A DNA stretch of 64,000 nucleotides from an uncultured virus (IMG/VR IMGVR_UViG_3300013132_004380) (IMGVR_UViG_3300013132_004380), one strand, 5' to 3'. Counted from the first letter of the stretch, positions 27,538 to 38,350 are shown. Numbers and translations: made by a program. The notes: generated by a model not told the origin, from the sequence alone.

Positions 27538-29292
27538 TTATACAGTACCACGAATTTGAACACCGGCATTAGACAAAATTTCAGTGTTCTTATATTGATT
27601 CAAAATTGATTTGACAATATCCCCTGCTTGATTTGGTTGACACATGGCATATAAGAAGTAATCTGTTCCTAGTCCTTGACTATCCGATGCATACCCGGGT
27701 AAACTACTTATAAAACTATATATTACAGTGTTATCATTGAAACTGCTTATAGTCATGTTTGCCCTATCGTAGTTGACTACTTCAGTATTAATTCCCTCGC
27801 ACAATAAATCCCAATTTAAATTAATCTTTTGTACAAGATTTTTATAAACAGGATCATTGGAAATTTGATTTAATAAACTAAAATAATTTTGAACTTTTTG
27901 TTCGTAATTTATCAAAGTCCTATTATCAAATGGGGCATTTGATCCGCCGCCTTCGCCCACATTGATTGAACTTAACAGTACTGCATCTTTATATAACGCA
28001 TATGCATCAATTATTTCTGTTAATAAATTATGGATTTGCGGTCCATAAGGGGATTTATTTAATTCATCTAAACCTTGATTAACTTCATTTAAATAATTTA
28101 TTAAGTATCCGCTTGCGCACCCAATAACATCTAAAATAGATGCAGGTCCACCATCTGGTGTTTTAGGTAGGAAAGATTTAAAATTTTCGATAATATCGGG
28201 AGGTAACAAGCTCGAATTCGTAGCTAAAGATTCTACATTTTCTGTAGCCTGACTTAATACTGTATCAATTAAGTCTGCTAGTTCTTTACCTGTAGTAATA
28301 CTAAAATTGGGGGTCTTTTGATACAAATCTTTGCCAAAAGATATAAAATCAGCAAACACACTGTCATTTGGTCCGCCACTGCATACGCTTATACTAGTGT
28401 AATCTAACGCACTATTTAACGTCGGAATGGAACTTTTTAGTACCGTTTGAATTGTTGATAAATCTGCTATATTGTTTATTGATCGAAGTATTTCATTTAA
28501 TTGATTAGTGTAAATAGGGTTTAGAATATCAGAATAATTAATACTTGCCGATTGAATTTTTACACTCAGCCCGCCTATAGATCCAAGACCGCTATCTACT
28601 AAATGTTTTGCAACACTATTACTTGTCCCAAAACTGCCTAAAGGAATCTGCTGAATATAAGTTCCAATGTTTGCTATGGCTGTTTTTAATGCACGACCTT
28701 CTGCATAACGATTGAATCCTTGGGTTAAAAATTCTTGATAACTATTAACTCCAAAATATTTTAAATTTCTTTTTTGACTGTTATTTGTAGCAATCAAATA
28801 GTTGTTTGCATTGGCAATCCATGCAAGAATTTGATTAAAGGTATTAATAAAATAATAGTTGTCGAAATAATTGCTACCTGTTAATCTGGTCATTTGCAAA
28901 TCTATATAATATAATGCGTTGCCAGGTGTTTCGGTAAACCTGTCAGGCATTACTCCAGTAATTGCAGGTATAGCTGAATTCGATCCAAATGTGCATGCTG
29001 TGGGTTTTTTCCAATATTCTCTGAGATACCCAGTCAGATAAGGTACTATGATATAGCTATTATCGGAATCTGTTACGCCAAGGAATTGATAATTGTATGC
29101 CCCTGGGCTCACTGTCATCGCTACAATACTTCCATGGGCCGACAAACTACCAGTATAAATTGAACTTTTACTAGGTATATGGAAATACTGTGGCAATTCT
29201 ATTCCATAATTTATTCCATTTTCTAAGGGATTTGCTATAGCAGCAGGAATTTCCGGACCGGGACTAGTAGTGTTTCCTGTATCTAATGCCAT
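27538..29292 (-). CDS. probable virion (baseplate/tail) structural protein
   Basis: 584 aa N/S/T-rich ORF downstream of the PAAR gene. Confidence 0.55.
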   Translation of the reverse strand: MALDTGNTTSPGPEIPAAIANPLENGINYGIELPQYFHIPSKSSIYTGSLSAHGSIVAMTVSPGAYNYQFLGVTDSDNSYIIVPYLTGYLREYWKKPTACTFGSNSAIPAITGVMPDRFTETPGNALYYIDLQMTRLTGSNYFDNYYFINTFNQILAWIANANNYLIATNNSQKRNLKYFGVNSYQEFLTQGFNRYAEGRALKTAIANIGTYIQQIPLGSFGTSNSVAKHLVDSGLGSIGGLSVKIQSASINYSDILNPIYTNQLNEILRSINNIADLSTIQTVLKSSIPTLNSALDYTSISVCSGGPNDSVFADFISFGKDLYQKTPNFSITTGKELADLIDTVLSQATENVESLATNSSLLPPDIIENFKSFLPKTPDGGPASILDVIGCASGYLINYLNEVNQGLDELNKSPYGPQIHNLLTEIIDAYALYKDAVLLSSINVGEGGGSNAPFDNRTLINYEQKVQNYFSLLNQISNDPVYKNLVQKINLNWDLLCEGINTEVVNYDRANMTISSFNDNTVIYSFISSLPGYASDSQGLGTDYFLYAMCQPNQAGDIVKSILNQYKNTEILSNAGVQIRGTV

Positions 29293-29876
29293 TATGTTAT
29301 CCCTTGTACATTTACCGGAACAGTATTTCCAAACTGAACAGGATCGTCGATAAAAGTTTTTATCAAATCTTGTTGAGCTACACTAATAGAGTAAGTAGCC
29401 GCAACATTACTGACCTCAGGATCTGGCTGTCCTACAGAATTTCCGGGAACAGGACTTGCGCCTTGAATTCCCCCTGTTGCCCAAGGACCGCCTGCACCAT
29501 TTGCAACCGACCCGCCACGGACCACTTCAATTGGCCCAGTTTGCCATCCTGTTACAGGTATTGAATTTAAATTACCCCTAAATACTAATTCGGTTCTATT
29601 TTTTTCATCTGGCCCGCAGTCCGGAGCTTGTTCTATAGTAAACACGTCACCTTTATCTACTACAACAGGCCCGGTGCCACCTACGACTTTGGGATCTAAA
29701 ATTCCGCTATCACAATATACTCTTAACGCCCGTAACCAATCGTGGTTAACAAAAAAAGGAACCTGCTGTCCTTGAACCATATAGAACATAGCAGCCAATT
29801 GTAATGGACTTAACCCTCCGGTTTGATTTTGTGGTGTATTAAGGAAGCCGCTATATTGAGGTAGTATATCTGCCAT
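29292..29876 (-). CDS. probable baseplate-associated protein
   Basis: GLSPLQL N-terminus; coupled to the PAAR gene. Confidence 0.5.
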   Translation of the reverse strand: MADILPQYSGFLNTPQNQTGGLSPLQLAAMFYMVQGQQVPFFVNHDWLRALRVYCDSGILDPKVVGGTGPVVVDKGDVFTIEQAPDCGPDEKNRTELVFRGNLNSIPVTGWQTGPIEVVRGGSVANGAGGPWATGGIQGASPVPGNSVGQPDPEVSNVAATYSISVAQQDLIKTFIDDPVQFGNTVPVNVQGIT

Positions 29877-30373
29877 TAAAGTTCTCTTAATAAGGTTGTG
29901 CCCAACTTCGCCAGTCCAATCAATGATAAACTTCGTTCAACAGTGCTTGCAATATCGGCAATAGGGGCAGCGGCCGCTTCGAACCCTGAGGCAAAACTTC
30001 CAAAATTTCCGGATGGGTCTACACTAAATCCATTACCAAGTTGTCCTAATGCTATGCCCAAAACTAGACCAATTAGCCCACCACCACCTAAACTTAATAC
30101 ATCATCTGATGCTAACATGATACCGTGGCCACAAATACCTTTGGCGCCTTTTGTTAAAGGCATTTGACCTTCTATAGTTAGCCCACCAGGAAAATCAATT
30201 ATCCCACCGAAACAATGTAATGGTTTTTTTGGGGTGCATCCTAAATGTGGCGTATACACACAGCCCAACAGTGCTATTGGTCTTCCGTTAACGGTGACAG
30301 ACGAACTGGAGTTACCTATTACTAATCCGCCAGGACCTAATATATCACCGATTCTGACCAATCCGCCTGCCAT
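29876..30373 (-). CDS. PAAR-like spike tip protein (gp5.4-like) with C-terminal extension
   Basis: VRIGD, SVTVNGRPIA, PH...H, CGH. Confidence 0.75.
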   Translation of the reverse strand: MAGGLVRIGDILGPGGLVIGNSSSSVTVNGRPIALLGCVYTPHLGCTPKKPLHCFGGIIDFPGGLTIEGQMPLTKGAKGICGHGIMLASDDVLSLGGGGLIGLVLGIALGQLGNGFSVDPSGNFGSFASGFEAAAAPIADIASTVERSLSLIGLAKLGTTLLREL

Positions 30374-30381
30374 AAATTTCC

Positions 30382-30693
30382 TTAAGAAAGAATACTACCT
30401 TTGCTTACAGTTTGAATACCTGTGGTTGTTTGTATATAATGATCTTCCATTTGTTTGATAACTGGAGCATGTAACATAACATGTTGACGACCAATACTTA
30501 CTTCAGTATTTATATCTGCGGAAATTAGGCTTTGCATCAACCCAATTCCTTGAGGTCCAGGAATAATCGTACAAGGTCTGGTAACTGTCCAAGTATCAGG
30601 ATCTACACTAACAATACGGGCAACAATTTCGTCACCATTGACCATCTTAAATCCAACTACATCATTTGCTTCATACGATTTTTTGATTAACAT
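30382..30693 (-). CDS. hypothetical protein (Sm-like beta fold?)
   Basis: FKMVNGDEIVAR; YIQTTTGI. Confidence 0.65.
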   Translation of the reverse strand: MLIKKSYEANDVVGFKMVNGDEIVARIVSVDPDTWTVTRPCTIIPGPQGIGLMQSLISADINTEVSIGRQHVMLHAPVIKQMEDHYIQTTTGIQTVSKGSILS

Positions 30694-30934
30694 TTAATTT
30701 TTCCTTTAATTGATCTTCAGTTAATTTTACAAGTCCTTGAAATCCGCCTTCCACAAACAACTTACCATTATGATAAATTTGTGGTACTGTACGATGACCC
30801 TGCTCTACAATAAATTCCTTTGCAGCAACATCTTCGTCAATTCTTATTTCTTCAAACGCAATGTTTTTTGATTTTAATAAATTTTTTGCCTGTACACAGA
30901 ATGAACAATTATTCTTTGAATACACAGTTAGCAT
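30671..30934 (-). CDS. glutaredoxin
   Basis: CSFC, RTVPQI, GGF. Confidence 0.9.
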   Translation of the reverse strand: MLTVYSKNNCSFCVQAKNLLKSKNIAFEEIRIDEDVAAKEFIVEQGHRTVPQIYHNGKLFVEGGFQGLVKLTEDQLKEKLNVNQKIV

Positions 30935-30949
30935 TATACGTTTCCTAAT

Positions 30950-32086
30950 TTAATCATGAACCTCTAGTTTCCATCCTTTCGTTTTACCTTTTTTTGGTAT
31001 TCCCCATTGGGCTTTTTGTATTTGCAATTTCAACGTACTCCAACTAAGATCATGTTCTTTACAAAAAATAGCTGCTTCATTGCCCCATAATATATATTCT
31101 TTGCCATCTGGGGAGGTTAATTTATATTGTTTACTATTTTTATTTAATTGTCCCGTTCTTAATTTTGCTTTGTCGGCAATTAGTTTTTTAGTTGAATCTT
31201 TTTGTTTTCGACCATACATTGGATTATTAACACCCGAGGTCAGTTCACTTAATTTTTTTCTTGTTTCCGGAGTATGTTGTTTAGGACCGTAACCACCACG
31301 TTGCTTTTGTAATTCTGAACGCAATTGCTTTTGTTGCTGTGCCTTATCAAAACCGTAGATTTCTTCATAATTTTTCCCCTTATGATTAGGTGGTCGATTA
31401 TCTTCGCACACATTGGTTAAGATTCCGAAATATTCATATCCCTTTCTACCATAATGTTTTATCATGTCCCTTTCAATTTTATATGCTAGTTGTTCGTCTA
31501 TTATATTCTCTGCTATATATTCTATTTTTGGTTCCAAACCTTCGTTCCGTATAGCACGAATTTTATTGTCTTTGTATAGATTTTGAACTTTTGCAGATTC
31601 AAATAAATGAGTCTGTGCTCTGTTGCCTTTTCCTTTGCCGATATAAAATGGCAAATTATTTCTCGGATCAATTAATTGGTACACATAATACATAATTTCA
31701 ATCTCCTCTTGATATTTAGCAAGAGACTGAAAATAGTAGTTAGGTAAGACATTATTAAGTGAATGTTTATCAATCACACCTATAATATTATATTCTCTAC
31801 TATCTTTATACGGCATTATATCTATGTATTCTGTTCCATTGTGCCAAATACTGTGTTTGATAGCTTGTAGATCATTAAAACCTTCAACAAAATAAAAACA
31901 TAATATTTGATGTCCGCCATATATTGAAACATAGTTTCTCACACTATTATGACAATCATTATAATCATATGCAGATTGTGAGTTAACGTTGACTGCACCT
32001 ATCCATCTACAATCTAAATGTTTAGCAAATGCCATAATGTTATTATTAATTTTAGGAGGAATTGCCCACGTCATGATTTGGATCAA
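30950..32086 (-). CDS. GIY-YIG/NUMOD3 homing endonuclease with an N-terminal Cys-His-Asp domain; internal start at 31693
   Basis: YVYQLIDPRNNLPFYIGKG, LTN, HTPETRKKLS, NPMYGRK; internal TAAATA and GAGGAG before M132. Confidence 0.8.
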   Translation of the reverse strand: MIQIMTWAIPPKINNNIMAFAKHLDCRWIGAVNVNSQSAYDYNDCHNSVRNYVSIYGGHQILCFYFVEGFNDLQAIKHSIWHNGTEYIDIMPYKDSREYNIIGVIDKHSLNNVLPNYYFQSLAKYQEEIEIMYYVYQLIDPRNNLPFYIGKGKGNRAQTHLFESAKVQNLYKDNKIRAIRNEGLEPKIEYIAENIIDEQLAYKIERDMIKHYGRKGYEYFGILTNVCEDNRPPNHKGKNYEEIYGFDKAQQQKQLRSELQKQRGGYGPKQHTPETRKKLSELTSGVNNPMYGRKQKDSTKKLIADKAKLRTGQLNKNSKQYKLTSPDGKEYILWGNEAAIFCKEHDLSWSTLKLQIQKAQWGIPKKGKTKGWKLEVHD

Positions 32087-33210
32087 AGAACAAAACCTTT
32101 AAATGTATTATTATCTACATCTTGTTTCGTTCCACCAATGACATAAGAACTTATTTGCGTTTGCTGGGGGGCCACTTGCACTTCTGCTCCTGCAATCCAT
32201 TTTGCAGTCCACGGCAATGGATTGCTGCCAGGCTTAATGCCACAATTTAATCCCACTGCTGTCATTCTTTTACACGTTAACCAATCAACATAATCACACA
32301 ATAGTTCAGTATTTAAACCTATCATACTACCATTTTTGAAAAGGTACTTTGCCCATTCTTTTTCTTGTTTAGCTGCATTTAGAAACATTTGTTCACATTC
32401 TTCTTTTGTTTCAACTTTAAGGCGAGCAAAATCTGGATCGTCTTGTGGTAGCAGTTTGATCATCATTTGTGTGCTTCCTAAATGAATGTTTTCATCACGG
32501 GCAATTAATTTAATAGTCTTTGCATTACCTTCCATTTTTTTCAACTCTGCGAATGCCCACGAACACGCAAAACTCACATAGAATCTAATACCTTCTAGTG
32601 CATTAACACTATTAATAGCTAACCACAATTTTTTCTTCAGTTCATATTTGTCAACAGTTACCGTGCGACCATTAACTATATGATTGCCTTCGCCTAACAA
32701 TCTATACCAAGTACCATATTCAATGACATCATCATAATATCTACTGATGTCTTTGGCACAATTTACTATAGGTTCAATTTCTAAAATATTATCAAATATT
32801 TCACTGGGATCAGAATATACATTACGAATAATATGGGTATAACTGCGACTATGAATTGTTTCGTTAAATGCCCAGGTCTCAATCCACGTTTCTAATTCAG
32901 GAATAGTTGCTAACGGCAAAAAAGCCAAATTAGGGCTACGACCTTGTACACTATCTAATAATATTTGTCTTTTTAGATTGCTAGTAAAAATGTGTTTTTC
33001 AAAAGGAGTTAGTTCTTTAAAATCTTTTGCATCACGAAGCAAATCTACTTCTTCAGGTCTCCAAAAAAAACCTAATTGTTTATCGGTTAATTTATCAAAC
33101 TGTCGATATTTTAATGTTTCATATCGTTGAATATTAACAGGACCGGTTGAGTCTAAAAATGCCAACGCTTCTGTATGTTTCTTTTTATTATTAAGATTAA
33201 AGACACTCAT
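32083..33210 (-). CDS. nrdB: ribonucleotide reductase class Ia beta subunit
   Basis: FFWRPEEV, QILLDSVQGR, ETIHSRSY, LEGIRFYVSF, RDENIH. Confidence 0.96.
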   Translation of the reverse strand: MSVFNLNNKKKHTEALAFLDSTGPVNIQRYETLKYRQFDKLTDKQLGFFWRPEEVDLLRDAKDFKELTPFEKHIFTSNLKRQILLDSVQGRSPNLAFLPLATIPELETWIETWAFNETIHSRSYTHIIRNVYSDPSEIFDNILEIEPIVNCAKDISRYYDDVIEYGTWYRLLGEGNHIVNGRTVTVDKYELKKKLWLAINSVNALEGIRFYVSFACSWAFAELKKMEGNAKTIKLIARDENIHLGSTQMMIKLLPQDDPDFARLKVETKEECEQMFLNAAKQEKEWAKYLFKNGSMIGLNTELLCDYVDWLTCKRMTAVGLNCGIKPGSNPLPWTAKWIAGAEVQVAPQQTQISSYVIGGTKQDVDNNTFKGFVL

Positions 33211-33219
33211 TGTTTTTCC

Positions 33220-35517
33220 TTATATAACACAGCTATCACAATCCTCTTGATTCATTTCTACTTCTTCTACTGGTTTAGATGACATTTTATCTACGTCAAT
33301 TTCACCTTGGCCATCCATGGTGTTAAAATAGTATAGTTGTTTGGTACCATACTTATAACACATTAATAAATGCCCAATCATTTCACTCATTGGAATCTTT
33401 TCATCTTCGTAATAATGCGGGTTATAAGAAGTATTAACACTGATACCTTGATCAATATATTTTTGCAGAACAGCACACAACTTTAAATAACCTTCGGGAC
33501 TACGTTGATCCCACAATAATTCATACTTGTTTTTTAGTTTGCGAAACTCAGGAACAACTTGCTTCAACACACCATGTTTGCTTTGTTTAATGGATACATA
33601 ACTGCGTGGAGGCTCAATGCCGTTTGTACTATTACTAATTTGAGCACTGGTCTCCGCTGGCATCAGTGCCATCAATGTAGCATTACGTTGTCCATATCGT
33701 ATTGCGTCTAATCTCAGCGCGTCCCACGCCATTCTTTCTTTATGTGGTACTAATTCATCTACCTCAGCTTTACGAGTATCAATGGGCAGGATACCATCTG
33801 CAGATTTTAAATCTTGCCAACGTGTGCAAGGTCCTTGTTCCTTAGCTAACTCTACGCTTGCTTTTAAAAGATAGTAACTCCACGCCTCTGCATATTCGTC
33901 TACTAATTCTAGTGCAGCAGGATCACTGTAACCGACATCATGTTTAGCAAGAAAATATGCAAAATTAATAATTCCAATTCCCAAAGGCCTAAATTCTTCA
34001 GTTGCAAATTTAGCTGCTAATACAGGATAATGCTGATAACTTAACAGTGCATCAAGTCCTCGAACTGCTAATGTACAAATACGTTCAAAATCTCTCGGAG
34101 ATTTAACGTTGCCCCAATTAGTAGCACTTAGTGTGCACAAAGCAATTCTGCCATCAGGATCATTTAAATCTTTAAGAGGTACTGTAGGCAAATCAATTTC
34201 TGTGCAAAGATTACTCATTTTGACTGGAGCAATCTTTTCTTTAAATGGGCTATGCGTATTGGCATGATCTACGTTCATCAAGTAAACGCGACCTGTGTCT
34301 TTTCTTTCTTGCATAAACCTACTGAATAGGCCTATAGCTTTGTATGTTTTTTTACGAAGTTTTGTATTGCGCTCTGCCCGCTCATACAGCTCTTTGAACT
34401 TGTCTTGATCATTAAAAAATGCTTCATACAGCTCAGGCACATCGTGTGGACTAAAACAAGTAATGTCGCCGCCTGTAATCAGGCGCTCATACATTAACTT
34501 GTTAAATTGCACGCCATAGTCCATATGACGTACTCGATTATCTTCGGTGCCTTTATTGTTTTTTAATACTAACAAATCTTCTACTTCCAAATGCCATATA
34601 GGATAATATAAAGTGGCGGCGCCATTACGAACGCCGCCTTGGCTACAACTGCGTGTTGCACTTTGAAAGTGTTTACAAAAAGGAATTACTCCAGTATGAT
34701 ACGCATCGCCATTGCGTATAGGACTGCCTAATGCACGAATACGACCAGCCCCAATTCCAATGCCAGCTTTTTGGCTGACGTAACGTACAATACTGCCAGC
34801 AGTGGCATTAATACTATCAAGGCTGTCGTCAGCCTCAATGAGAACGCACGATGAGAATTGTTTTTGAGGTGTCCGTACACCAGCCATAATGGGAGTAGGG
34901 AGACTAATATCGTGATTAGATATAGCATTGTAATAATCCTTGATCCAAGATAGTCGAGTTAATTTAGGATAATTTTGAAACAGCGTTACTGCGATTAAAA
35001 TGTAGGCCATTTGTGGTGTTTCAAAGATTTCTCCTGTAACACGATTTTGTACCAAATATTTGCCGCGCCATTGTTCCATGGCTACATACGTAAATTGTCC
35101 ATCCTTGTCGTGATTGATATACCCGTTAAGTTCACTCCACTCTGTATCTGAATAAGCCGACAGTAAATCCCGATCATAAAATCCACGGGCTACATTTTGT
35201 TTGACTAGATCTATTAAACTACATGGTTCATATGTGCCGTAAACTTGTTTTCTGAGATGATAGTTGATCAACCGACCTGCAACATATTGATAATTAGGAT
35301 TTTCTTCACTAATAAGATCCGCTGCACTTTTGATCAATGTTTCTTGAATATCGCTGGTCTTGATTCCATTGTAAAATTGAATATGACTACGTAGTTCTAA
35401 TTCACTGGCACTGACTCCAGAAATGTCTTTAGTGGCCCAAAAAACTACTTTATGTATTTTTTCTAAATCGAGAGGTTCTTTACTCCCATCTCTTTTTGTA
35501 ACTTGAATTTGTGTCAT
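33220..35517 (-). CDS. nrdA: ribonucleotide reductase class Ia alpha subunit with ATP cone
   Basis: VTKRDG, QFSSCVL, SNLCTE, LCTL, LYY, C-terminal CDSC. Confidence 0.97.
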   Translation of the reverse strand: MTQIQVTKRDGSKEPLDLEKIHKVVFWATKDISGVSASELELRSHIQFYNGIKTSDIQETLIKSAADLISEENPNYQYVAGRLINYHLRKQVYGTYEPCSLIDLVKQNVARGFYDRDLLSAYSDTEWSELNGYINHDKDGQFTYVAMEQWRGKYLVQNRVTGEIFETPQMAYILIAVTLFQNYPKLTRLSWIKDYYNAISNHDISLPTPIMAGVRTPQKQFSSCVLIEADDSLDSINATAGSIVRYVSQKAGIGIGAGRIRALGSPIRNGDAYHTGVIPFCKHFQSATRSCSQGGVRNGAATLYYPIWHLEVEDLLVLKNNKGTEDNRVRHMDYGVQFNKLMYERLITGGDITCFSPHDVPELYEAFFNDQDKFKELYERAERNTKLRKKTYKAIGLFSRFMQERKDTGRVYLMNVDHANTHSPFKEKIAPVKMSNLCTEIDLPTVPLKDLNDPDGRIALCTLSATNWGNVKSPRDFERICTLAVRGLDALLSYQHYPVLAAKFATEEFRPLGIGIINFAYFLAKHDVGYSDPAALELVDEYAEAWSYYLLKASVELAKEQGPCTRWQDLKSADGILPIDTRKAEVDELVPHKERMAWDALRLDAIRYGQRNATLMALMPAETSAQISNSTNGIEPPRSYVSIKQSKHGVLKQVVPEFRKLKNKYELLWDQRSPEGYLKLCAVLQKYIDQGISVNTSYNPHYYEDEKIPMSEMIGHLLMCYKYGTKQLYYFNTMDGQGEIDVDKMSSKPVEEVEMNQEDCDSCVI

Positions 35518-35532
35518 TGATGTTTTTCTCTT

Positions 35533-35979
35533 TTATTCTATTTTTTCCATATCTAAATCGTTGACAGTGATTATTTTAATCAATTGCATGTTTTTTTCGA
35601 TGTGTTCTTTATTTACAATTTCGTTAAACACATAATTAAGAACATATTTTCCTTTGTCAATCCATACTAAATTATACTGTTCTTTGGTCGAACTATTTTG
35701 ATATATTCTAAGTTCTAAATGCGGCCTGTGATCGCAAAGATGTAAAGTATAAAACATTCCTAGACATTTTGCAAGATCACAATAGGTATTTTCGTAGATT
35801 AATTCCCAAGGATTGGGCCAATTGGTAAAATCGCTGTAATGAAGATAATGCTGCACAAATGGTGCATATGACCATAAAGAGGTTGTAGATTGAATAGCTT
35901 CTACTTTAGAAATTGTATTCAATTTTTGTCGAAAATCATACCAAAAGCGAAGTCGTTCGCTTGGATTTAAATTCCACAT
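35533..35979 (-). CDS. hypothetical protein
   Basis: 148 aa; WPNPWELI. Confidence 0.7.
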   Translation of the reverse strand: MWNLNPSERLRFWYDFRQKLNTISKVEAIQSTTSLWSYAPFVQHYLHYSDFTNWPNPWELIYENTYCDLAKCLGMFYTLHLCDHRPHLELRIYQNSSTKEQYNLVWIDKGKYVLNYVFNEIVNKEHIEKNMQLIKIITVNDLDMEKIE

Positions 35980-35990
35980 TGTTTAATTGA

Positions 35991-36530
35991 TTAGAATGAT
36001 AATGTGCTTATTGTGTATTGAATGTTAGCAGCAAACCCAGAACTATTGTCAAGATTGGCTACTAACTGTAAATAACTACCAGGCCCGCCACCGCCTACCC
36101 CTACTGCTTCCCATGTTAAACCTACAGCAGTCACTCCATCAGTTTCGGTATATTCTTCATCTAAACTGTAAGCAGCAGCGTTTGCTAAATTTCGTGCGAC
36201 TTTTAACCAACCCACTCTAGTTCCAATGTCTCTTGTAGCTGCATACTGCACATAAATTGCAGGTTTATTATAATCTACAATTCCCGAAGCTAAATTAGCA
36301 ATTGTGTTGGCACTAATAGCCTGTGTGTAAACAGTATAGCCTGGAATATTACTGTGTTCAGTTAAAATTTCAGTGTTACCAATTTCTGGTGCACCTTCTG
36401 CAAGTGTACCATTACCGATATATAGTTTACGTGTATCAACACTCCACCCTAACTCTGCAGTAGCAAGTTGAGGTAAATCTGTTTGTACTCCATGTCTATG
36501 TTTTACTTGACTGATTTGAACAATGGCCAT
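35991..36530 (-). CDS. virion structural protein with Mtd-like N-terminal module
   Basis: IVQISQVKHRHG..LPQLATAELGWSVDTRKLYIGNG. Confidence 0.65.
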   Translation of the reverse strand: MAIVQISQVKHRHGVQTDLPQLATAELGWSVDTRKLYIGNGTLAEGAPEIGNTEILTEHSNIPGYTVYTQAISANTIANLASGIVDYNKPAIYVQYAATRDIGTRVGWLKVARNLANAAAYSLDEEYTETDGVTAVGLTWEAVGVGGGGPGSYLQLVANLDNSSGFAANIQYTISTLSF

Positions 36531-36554
36531 GCTATTTTATCCAGTTTTTTATAT

Positions 36555-37244
36555 TTAGTTCATTGTATAATATTGCTCTAAGCGGCGTAACCATTGTTCA
36601 GTCCAGTGCTCGAATTCTTCATTTTCGATTACAAATTCTTGATATGTAAATGGTTCTGATGCACTACACATTAAAATTACACCAGTTTTGATGTCGGTTT
36701 GATAGGTATTATTATGTGCCATAGCGTAGGCAGCTAACTGAATAAAATAGTCATCAATCCATTCTTTTTTCTTAATTTTATTAGTTTGTTTAAAATCCAT
36801 AATAGCAGGGCTATTACGCCAAACTCCTATGCAATCAGTTGTACCGGCATATAACCCGCTGTAGTACACAGGTACTTCAACTCCCCAAAACTCCGACACA
36901 TTATTTGCTAATCCTTCAAATACAATAATATTGGCCATACTATGACTTTGCACACTAAAAGGATTGGATCCCGGTAAGCCCATTTCTCCTTGTTTTACAT
37001 AAGTTTCTAACCACTTATGCATTCTTGTACCTCTGCTACTAGCCTCTGTAGAAATTTGCTGTGCTTGTACTGTACCAACTCTACGGCGCCAATCAGCTAA
37101 CGCTTGCCGCTTTTCTTCGGGCTTGGTTGCATCTAAAATTGTTGTTACTGAAGGAACCTTTGTGCCATCTGGCAAAGAATAGTGTCTCTTGCCATCTACA
37201 GTAGTTCTACTGACTGGCCGATAGTTAAATTTTTCTATTAACAT
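36555..37244 (-). CDS. PD-(D/E)xK exonuclease
   Basis: PSVTTIL, RGTRMH, YAGTTD, IMDFKQ, QLAAY. Confidence 0.85.
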   Translation of the reverse strand: MLIEKFNYRPVSRTTVDGKRHYSLPDGTKVPSVTTILDATKPEEKRQALADWRRRVGTVQAQQISTEASSRGTRMHKWLETYVKQGEMGLPGSNPFSVQSHSMANIIVFEGLANNVSEFWGVEVPVYYSGLYAGTTDCIGVWRNSPAIMDFKQTNKIKKKEWIDDYFIQLAAYAMAHNNTYQTDIKTGVILMCSASEPFTYQEFVIENEEFEHWTEQWLRRLEQYYTMN

Positions 37245-37565
37245 TTATACTCGAAAACTCTCTCCGCAACCGCAACGGTCACGCTCATTTGGGTTAGTAA
37301 ATTCGAATCCTTCATTGAGTCCTTTTCGAACCCAATCAATAGTTAAACCTGAAAGGTACACTGAACTTTTAGGATCAACGAAAATTTTACAATCTTGATA
37401 CTCATAAATTTGATCTTCAGGTCTTGCTTGATCTACATATTCTAATACATAAGCTAAACCACTGCAACCAGTGGTTTTCACTCCGATTCTTAGTCCTAAT
37501 CCTTTGCCGCGTTTAGACAAATTTTGTTTAACTTTTTCAGCTGCTGACTGTGTTAAGGTTATCAT
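37245..37565 (-). CDS. iscA: A-type Fe-S carrier IscA
   Basis: [27 protein letters not shown]. Confidence 0.93.
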   Translation of the reverse strand: MITLTQSAAEKVKQNLSKRGKGLGLRIGVKTTGCSGLAYVLEYVDQARPEDQIYEYQDCKIFVDPKSSVYLSGLTIDWVRKGLNEGFEFTNPNERDRCGCGESFRV

Positions 37566-37941
37566 GTTTGTCTTTATAGTCTGCAATAGCAGCCTTAATA
37601 GCATCTTCAGCTAAGATAGAACAATGTATTTTTACAGGTGGCAAAGCCAATTCTTCTGCAATAGCTGAATTTTTAATTGCTGCAGCTTCGTCTAACGTTC
37701 TGCCTTTAACCCATTCTGTGACAAGAGATGAACTAGCTATTGCTGAACCGCAACCATAAGTTTTAAACTTTGCATCGGTTATGATACCTGTTTTGTTGTC
37801 TACTTTGATTTGAAGTTTCATTACATCACCGCAAGCTGGTGCTCCAACCATACCAGTGCCAACGTCAATGTCGTTCTTATCAAAACTACCAACGTTTCGG
37901 GGATTTTCGTAATGATCTATAACTTGTGCACTATAAGCCAT
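37537..37941 (-). CDS. iscU: Fe-S scaffold IscU
   Basis: [35 protein letters not shown]. Confidence 0.96.
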   Translation of the reverse strand: MAYSAQVIDHYENPRNVGSFDKNDIDVGTGMVGAPACGDVMKLQIKVDNKTGIITDAKFKTYGCGSAIASSSLVTEWVKGRTLDEAAAIKNSAIAEELALPPVKIHCSILAEDAIKAAIADYKDKHDNLNTVSS

Positions 37942-37959
37942 CAAATACTCCTATAGTAT

Positions 37960-37988
37960 ATTATACAGTATTAGTTTACTTTTGTCTA
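37960..37988 (-). promoter_or_regulatory. sigma70-like promoter for iscU-iscA
   Basis: TAGACA-17-TATAAT followed by GGAG. Confidence 0.65.
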
Positions 37989-38350
37989 CGTTTTAATGCT
38001 CGATCAGCCATTTTACTGACTTTTTCTTGAGGATTTTCTGCTGCTTTGGCAACATCATCAGGATTAGCTGCTGATGTTGCAATCGAGGTTTTAAATTTTA
38101 CAGTTTCGGGTGTTATATTAGCCAATAATTCCTGCATTGCTTCATCTTCTTCATTGGCAGCGATCAAATCTTGATATTCTATATTTGTTAGACCAGTATT
38201 TCTAATATACCTTAAAATCATACTGGTAGGTAATTCGTCAGGAAGTTCATCGTCAAGAATTCTTTGATGTAGCAAACTCAGCGCAGTTACTATATCAGCT
38301 AAAGGCGCCGAGTCACTGATATCTTCACGAATAAAATCATGTGCTCGCAT
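37976..38350 (-). CDS. hypothetical (possible internal head) protein
   Basis: MRAHDFIRE N-terminus. Confidence 0.65.
   Translation of the reverse strand: MRAHDFIREDISDSAPLADIVTALSLLHQRILDDELPDELPTSMILRYIRNTGLTNIEYQDLIAANEEDEAMQELLANITPETVKFKTSIATSAANPDDVAKAAENPQEKVSKMADRALKRRQK

Noticed and set aside
37295..37315. TTCGAATCC T-loop-like motif
   Set aside because: Lies inside iscA coding sequence with no cloverleaf; no tRNA recognised in the window
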